Below are positions 58,084-64,000 of a stretch of 64,000 nt of DNA, piece after piece (position 1 is the first letter of the stretch; each line of letters opens with the position of its first letter). Origin of the DNA: Trichosphaerium sp. ATCC 40318 (taxonomy: Eukaryota > Protista > Tubulinea); the NCBI GenBank assembly GCA_038496445.1, contig JALMLS010000336.1, positions 1-64,000 of the forward strand, written 5' to 3'. A model generated the notes under the pieces. That model worked only from the letters and a program-made list of their open reading frames with translations, was not told the origin of the DNA and did not search any database. The position numbers and the translations under genes are program-made.

Positions 58084-58599
58084 ATGCGCACCTTCTTGTA
58101 TCTCGCTGTATCTTGTATACTCCTGACAGTGTGTATTGCAATTGAAGAAGACAAAAAAGAAGAAGAACAATACTTTGTCATCTGGAAAGAAGCCTTCGAC
58201 AACGGTGCTATGGATGCTGGATCAGGTGGAAGCAATGGACAGAGTGTGAAAATTAGAGTTTACGACCCAAACGATCATGGTCAGCACTGGATCGAGTCAC
58301 ATGCCTCGATATCAGGTTACTTCAACTACCGCAAAAGGGACACGAACTATTGCCTGGATGCCAGCCATATAGCGGCAAACGGAGAGGACGTCAAGTTGTG
58401 GTCTTGTGACGCACACGAAACGAATCAAATGTGGTACAGAGTCTCGTATGGTTCAAACTATCGCCTGTTCCGACACCCTTACACGTCCGCTTATGTGGCT
58501 GATCACGCCGGACCCAGTGACAATGTACACATGTGGCAGAACGTTGGAAATGGTCATCCTGACACAAACAACCAACTTTGGGAAAGGAAAGTCATCTAA
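58084..58599 (+). CDS. Secreted ricin-B (beta-trefoil) lectin
   Basis: Intronless 171 aa; signal peptide; QHW/QMW/QLW repeats; YCLDA...VKLWSC. Confidence 0.88.
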   Translation: MRTFLYLAVSCILLTVCIAIEEDKKEEEQYFVIWKEAFDNGAMDAGSGGSNGQSVKIRVYDPNDHGQHWIESHASISGYFNYRKRDTNYCLDASHIAANGEDVKLWSCDAHETNQMWYRVSYGSNYRLFRHPYTSAYVADHAGPSDNVHMWQNVGNGHPDTNNQLWERKVI

Positions 58600-59158
58600 A
58601 GTTAAATAAAACTGCGTATTACCGCCCTTTAATATGCCTCATGTTTTGTGTTAAACAAAAAACCAACTCTTGGTTACTTTTTTACAATTGCTACTGTCGT
58701 AGCTTTGAGCTGTGTGGTGCGCATGCGAGGTAACAAAATGCCTTATCCTGTTCATTAGAGAAAGTTGTTGTACAACCCATCTGACTTGTGTTTTCCTTTT
58801 TATTTTCAGTCTTTAAAATAGTCCATGCAAGTTTACTTTCCATAACATATACGCATGTATCAAACACATGTTAACAAAGGATGTTACAGTTTAGCCAATC
58901 AAAGGGATAATAGTGGCTTCTTCGCTCTCATGAGGGGAATCTATCTCAGGTAGGGGATACGTACTTCATAAAACTACCAGTTTTGGTTTTTAGTTCCGAC
59001 ATATTTTTAGTTAGCGGTCGTTGTTGGTTTCAGATTGATATTATTTATTAACAAGAAACGTGGTTTATATTTAAATGGCGTTTTTATTATTGTTGGTGGC
59101 GAACACGTGCTTTTTGATTGAAAGCGCTTACCACGCGCTGTGGTGTTAGGCATTGCGT

Positions 59159-59265
59159 AGTACAACCCAGCGCTGCCATCCTACTCGCTAATTATTAGTG
59201 ATTGATCTCTAGTACTTAACACCAGCGCTGCCATTTCACTCACGCATCCGCATTATTGATCACTT
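59159..59265. repeat. Degenerate ~52-bp tandem duplication
   Basis: AGTAC..CCAGCGCTGCCAT..ACTC..ATTGATC occurs twice in tandem. Confidence 0.55.
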
Positions 59266-59599
59266 GCGAACTCTAGCTCTGCCGAAAGAACTTCAAGGTT
59301 AGATTTTATGGTAGTCTACTTTTTTGGTACTATCCTACCACTTTCAGGAGCTTTAATGAATGAGGTTGAAAGAAACATGTAATATAGGTAACAGTTTTTA
59401 TAAGTGCGAGTTTCGTGTACTTGTTGCAATATTGAAGCAGACAAGTATTTGGGTTAAGTAGCGTTATGTTGCAGAAGATATAGCAAGATTTTATAGAGAT
59501 TGACTAGGTTTATCAATAAAAGAATGCAAACCTTCTAGAAGGTTCCATGAGAAAAATCAGTGAAATAATCATGAAATAAAGTACAACACTTTTACCTTG

Positions 59600-60411
59600 A
59601 TGACAACACCTGCTATATCTACTGTACAACAACATTTGCAAAGATATTTAGACCTAATCTTCTTCTAATCTAGGGCAATGTTCCTCAATTCAAAATTGTT
59701 CTTTGTGGTGATGGAGGAACAGGAAAAACAAGCCTTATGAGAAGACATATTAGTGGTGACTTTGAAACAAGATATTATCCTACTGTAGGCGTTGAAGTAT
59801 ATCCTTTAGCCTTGAATACTACAAGAGGGCTAGCAATATTTAATGTATGGGACGCAGCTGGGCAAGGAAGACAAAGAGATGCATTCTAGTATGTCCACCA
59901 TTTGTTGCAATGTTATGATGTTGTCATGCTAAATTCTCTTTTAAGCTTAAATGCAAGTGCAGCTCTTATTATGTTTGAAGTGACTTCTAGAATTACTTAT
60001 AAAAATATATGCTTCTGGTACAAGGATGTACTGCGTGTTTGTGGTGAGATACCCATTGTCTTGATGGGCAACAAAGTCGACATCAAAGAAAGAAAAGTAT
60101 GAGTTTTTTTTTCTTGGTTCACTAACATGTGATGTAGGTCAAGCCACGTCACATTGTTTTTCATAAAAAAAAAGTATTCAGTATTACCCTATATCAGCAA
60201 AGGCAAACTATAACATAGATAAACCGTTCAAATACTTGCTTGAAAAACTATCTGGGTACAAACTCACACATACTACAGTTGTTGCTCAATTGTACTTAGC
60301 GACTGTAACATTGAAATAGTAGGTGGTATAGCTTTAAAGACACCTGAGAAGAATATCACAGAAGAACAAAAAAATAACTTGGAACAAGAGTGTAAAACAC
60401 TCAGTTTATGA
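59600..60411 (+). pseudogene. RAN: Divergent Ran GTPase paralog with an apparent frameshift in an A9 run
   Basis: [59 protein letters not shown] and [12 protein letters not shown]. The frame breaks at 60165-60173. Confidence 0.8.
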
Positions 60412-61196
60412 GTCGTTCTATGTGCCTTTTTTTAACTTAAAGGCAAATCAATTATAAATACCTACATATTGATGTCAATGATCAAAGGAATCTAAGGATT
60501 TGACCTGAAAAAACGCTATTTTGTGTTAGCGACGCCCAGTTTTTCAGACGGTTTGTGAACATAGGTAGCCTTTGCAAATCTGCCAGCTATACCATTAGTG
60601 TATCCATATGGAGTACTTTACGCTAACATTCGAACAGAAAGTCATGTGCGTGCTACTAATCGGGAGAGGCTGTTTAAAAAGTAGACTTAACGTTACTATA
60701 AAACAGTGTTATTTCAACGACTGTCTCAAGGCTAATTTACTCGTAAACGCACTGAATGTGTGTATTCTCTGAGTACTTGTGCTTAGCAACCTTTATAGTC
60801 TTGACGCGTAGTGGAGGTACGCTTTGGCTGATAGTTAGTACAACATAGCACATGGCGTAGAAAGAAGAAACTGAGTAACATTAACAAAAAATTGTTCTCA
60901 AAAAATTACCGTTAAAGAAATAGCATGACTTTGCTTCTTGTGGAGGAAAGAGGGGAACTAATGAAACAGGACCATCACGCTTAACTTAAAATAGTATAAT
61001 AAGCACCAGGTACGATTACAAATGTACAAAACTTCTCTTCCTCTCGAAAAAGGTACTTGTTTTCAGGCATTTTCACGTGTATGCGAAAAAAGTCCACAGT
61101 AAATTTCTTACCAGTTAAGTATACATTACGCAATTTGTGCAAAACGACTTAACCCAAAAAAACTGACGCCTCCACTTTTCCTCAAGAAGCCTCTTT

Positions 61197-62042
61197 TTAC
61201 TTTGTACTACATATTTCAGGGATTACAAATTTAGAAGCATCTATAGTAGGATTCTCCTCCCAATCTCCAAAATCCCATCTGTTGTATCCCCAGAAATTAC
61301 TTTGAAAAGCCCACGGTGTAAAGGAACCAGGGAGATAACATTGTTCTACAATACCATAGTTCGAAACAGATGTTTCAAAGCATTCAACACTTGTGTTCCT
61401 GTATATTTTTCTGCCAACGTCCTTAGAGCTTTCTGTTGGAAATAAAGTATAGAAGGGCGTTCTGTTTGAATGACCGTTCCAATCACTCTTTTCACACTCG
61501 ACGGGTGTTCCATCCTTTGTCTACACAAAAGAGCGTCAATAAAAAAAGTAACAAACAAAAAAGCTGTTAACCAACACCAGCAAGGTTACTACTGAGCTAA
61601 AAACAACATGGATTTCAGGCCAAGACATTATTAAAAATAAGTGACAGAATTTGGCCACGTGCACCACAACCCCAAAACGAATAACTTGCAAATTTCATGG
61701 TCAATAAATAAAACGTACCAAATACCAGAAGTAGTCAACAAGACGTCCGTTGGAATCTTCCATCACAATGTCCACGTGATAAACTTTTGTTGTATTAGCA
61801 AATCCTGCCCCTAGACGGTATTGGAATCTTGTTTTACTGTTGTAGCGGATAAAGTAAGCAGTTCCTGACTCAGAAAAGAGCTCAGCTCCATTGTTTGTAT
61901 CTTCATTAGGCGTTATTGTCGTCAATAGCATTGACGCTTGATAGTTTTCAGGGTATGCCTTTGCTAGGACTTTTTTGGCTTCAATGCACGTGACAAATAT
62001 AAGGAAGAACAAGAATGTAGTTTGTAGAAGAGCGTAGGCCAT
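61197..62042 (-). CDS. Secreted protein, possibly ependymin-related/LolA-like fold
   Basis: Signal MAYALLQTTFLFFLIFVTCIEA; beta-rich exons; ends IDASKFVIPEICSTK* (F.IP..C pattern). Confidence 0.55.
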
Positions 62043-62346
62043 TTTTCCTCGACAAGTGAATTCGTTGATATCTAACTAAAAACCACGAGTTTTCTGAACG
62101 CCTTTGACCCTGCTGGACCATGGCTACATTCATATTTCATCTGCTAATTAAGGGGCAAACCCCAGGTTCGATGGAGAACCTGAGTTATACTAAAAAAGTA
62201 ACGCGAAACAGGATTTTTTCAACAAAATTCAATTTTTAAAGTACGCTATCACAACAACACGTGTTTTTACAAAAAAAAGTCTTTTATTTTTCTAATTAGT
62301 TTGTCATTTTTGGCACGTAACAAGAACCTTTCCGGGCACCATAACT

Positions 62347-64000
62347 TAATCACCATAGGCGCTTACAGCTGTATCTTTACACGTATTTAAGCTCCGCTTA
62401 AGTCAAATAAACCAAACAAACAAACATTTCATCTGCTAATAGGTGCTTTCCCAAGCTCGATGGAGAGCTTGTGTTGTACACTGTAACGCGGATCGCGGTA
62501 AAGTCCGGATCAAATCAACGTATTTGCAACAAGTATTTTATTATTGTACAGCATTTTGCGAGAGAGGGATTGTTCATTCACATACCACTATCTTTCTCTA
62601 TAATTTTGTTCATAGCATCGATTATTTGCATTAATGAAGGGCGACCTTCAGGAACCAGACATCGACATTTGTTCATCAAATCCTAAAATGAAAACTTAGC
62701 ATACGCTTGATAAAAACAATAGGATTTGGTGTTTCAACGTACAACAACTAGTTCAGGTGCATCATCTGGTATATCTAACTCTGGCATTTTACCTGCCTTT
62801 GCACCAAGTGCAATATCAATAACGTCAGTATCATCATAAGGTGGTCTTCTTGCAATCTTTAAGTACTTAGTTAATACAAAGTTTCTCTTACAACTGTTTG
62901 TGCTTTTTAGGCTTACCACTTCATAAAGCATTGTTCCATACATGAAAACATCAGAAGCTATAGAGTATTTTTTATGTGAGATAGATTCTGGTGCCATACA
63001 CTAAACACAAAGAACGGTAAGTAGGCTTTTAAGTCAGTGAAAAAATATATAAAAGAGGGTACCTGAATGGGACCTCTGTAAGATGTTGATCGAAGATACA
63101 TTGCATTATCTTCCATAAACTTACTGACACCGAAATCAGTTATGACAGCTTGCCAGTTATTCCTAACAAGAACGTTTCTTGAAGCTAATAAAATAAGATT
63201 AACTATTGACTAAACCAAAGTTCAAATTGTTTATCAAAGAAAAGAGTTGATAGATAGGTAAAAATGACGTTCAACGCCTGGCTTGAAGAAGTGCTTTAGT
63301 AAAGCAATCAAATCATAGCAAAGGCAAGAATAGTCGTATGACCGGAATCAAACAGGTAAAAAGTGTCAGTAAAGTCTTCCGTACCAACATCTCGATGTAA
63401 TAGATTATTACTATGTAAAAATAAAAGACCATTAGCTGCATCAATAAGCATCTGGTATATTGTTCCCATAGAAACTGAATCCTTTTGTTTTATCAAAATA
63501 TCCCAAAGTGATCCCTACACAAAAAACCACGTGGGTCAGCCGACAAGCAACAACAAAAACTTAATAAAAAACTAGGATGAACTCAAAAGATAGTTGACTC
63601 GTACCCTTGGACAGTATTCCATAATGATAGACAACTTATCAGTAGAGCTTATAGAAACACCTATTGTCTTAATAACATTCTGATGGTTACCCATTTTAAT
63701 CATAAAAGCAGCTTCTTGTAAACCAACTTGAACATTCTCAAGAAATAGTTGCTTCACAGCAACTTTCTCTCCTTTGTATAGACCCAAGTACACGGTCCCC
63801 TGCAATACAAATTCAATAAGAAAAACAACAAATAACTACTGAAGAAGGAGAATATAATAGACGTACAAATGATCCTTGACCAAGAGTCTCATGTGTTTCA
63901 ATTTCATCACTTGAAATGTTTTCAACATTAACATACTGTTTCCTAGGTTTGTTTTCTTCCTGTAATAGATCCTGAGGCCATTCATTTGCTTGAGGTTGTA
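62347..64000 (-). CDS. Tyrosine-kinase-like (probably receptor) kinase, 3' part; runs off the window
   Basis: LGQGSF/GTVYLG..VAVKQL, IIMEYCP, HRDVASRNVLV, TDFGVSK, GPIQCMAPES, ASDVFMYG and RPS. Confidence 0.88.

Noticed and set aside
59159-59265. CRISPR-like array
   Set aside because: Only two degenerate copies and no cas genes.

Overview
AT-rich (roughly 35% GC by eye), gene-dense eukaryotic genomic DNA with many short spliceosomal introns (mostly ~40-100 nt; donors GTACGT/GTAAGT/GTATGT, CTAAC/CTGAC branch points). The six-frame ORFs are therefore mostly exon fragments. Gene content suggests a protist, probably an amoebozoan (inference). I reconstructed about 25 genes by hand. Conserved genes: YJU2, PEX1, a TBC1D20-like RabGAP, two TKL/Tyr-type kinases and an animal-type heme peroxidase. 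Unusual fusions: Rab7-like GTPase-VIT-vWA, RPA70N-ZnF-CbbX/SpoVK AAA+, ankyrin-F-box-small GTPase and DNRLRE-peroxidase. Also present are two giant-virus-like F-box-MORN genes, an inverted pair of FHA-like paralogs, several frameshifted genes (SASA esterase, GH43-like, divergent Ran) and two MITE-like elements. Sequence-level oddities are an apparently obligatory GA-AG intron, six GC-AG introns and a strong excess of the palindrome CACGTG. No rRNA, tRNA or CRISPR was recognised. Exon boundaries and family assignments come from manual motif reading, not database searches.
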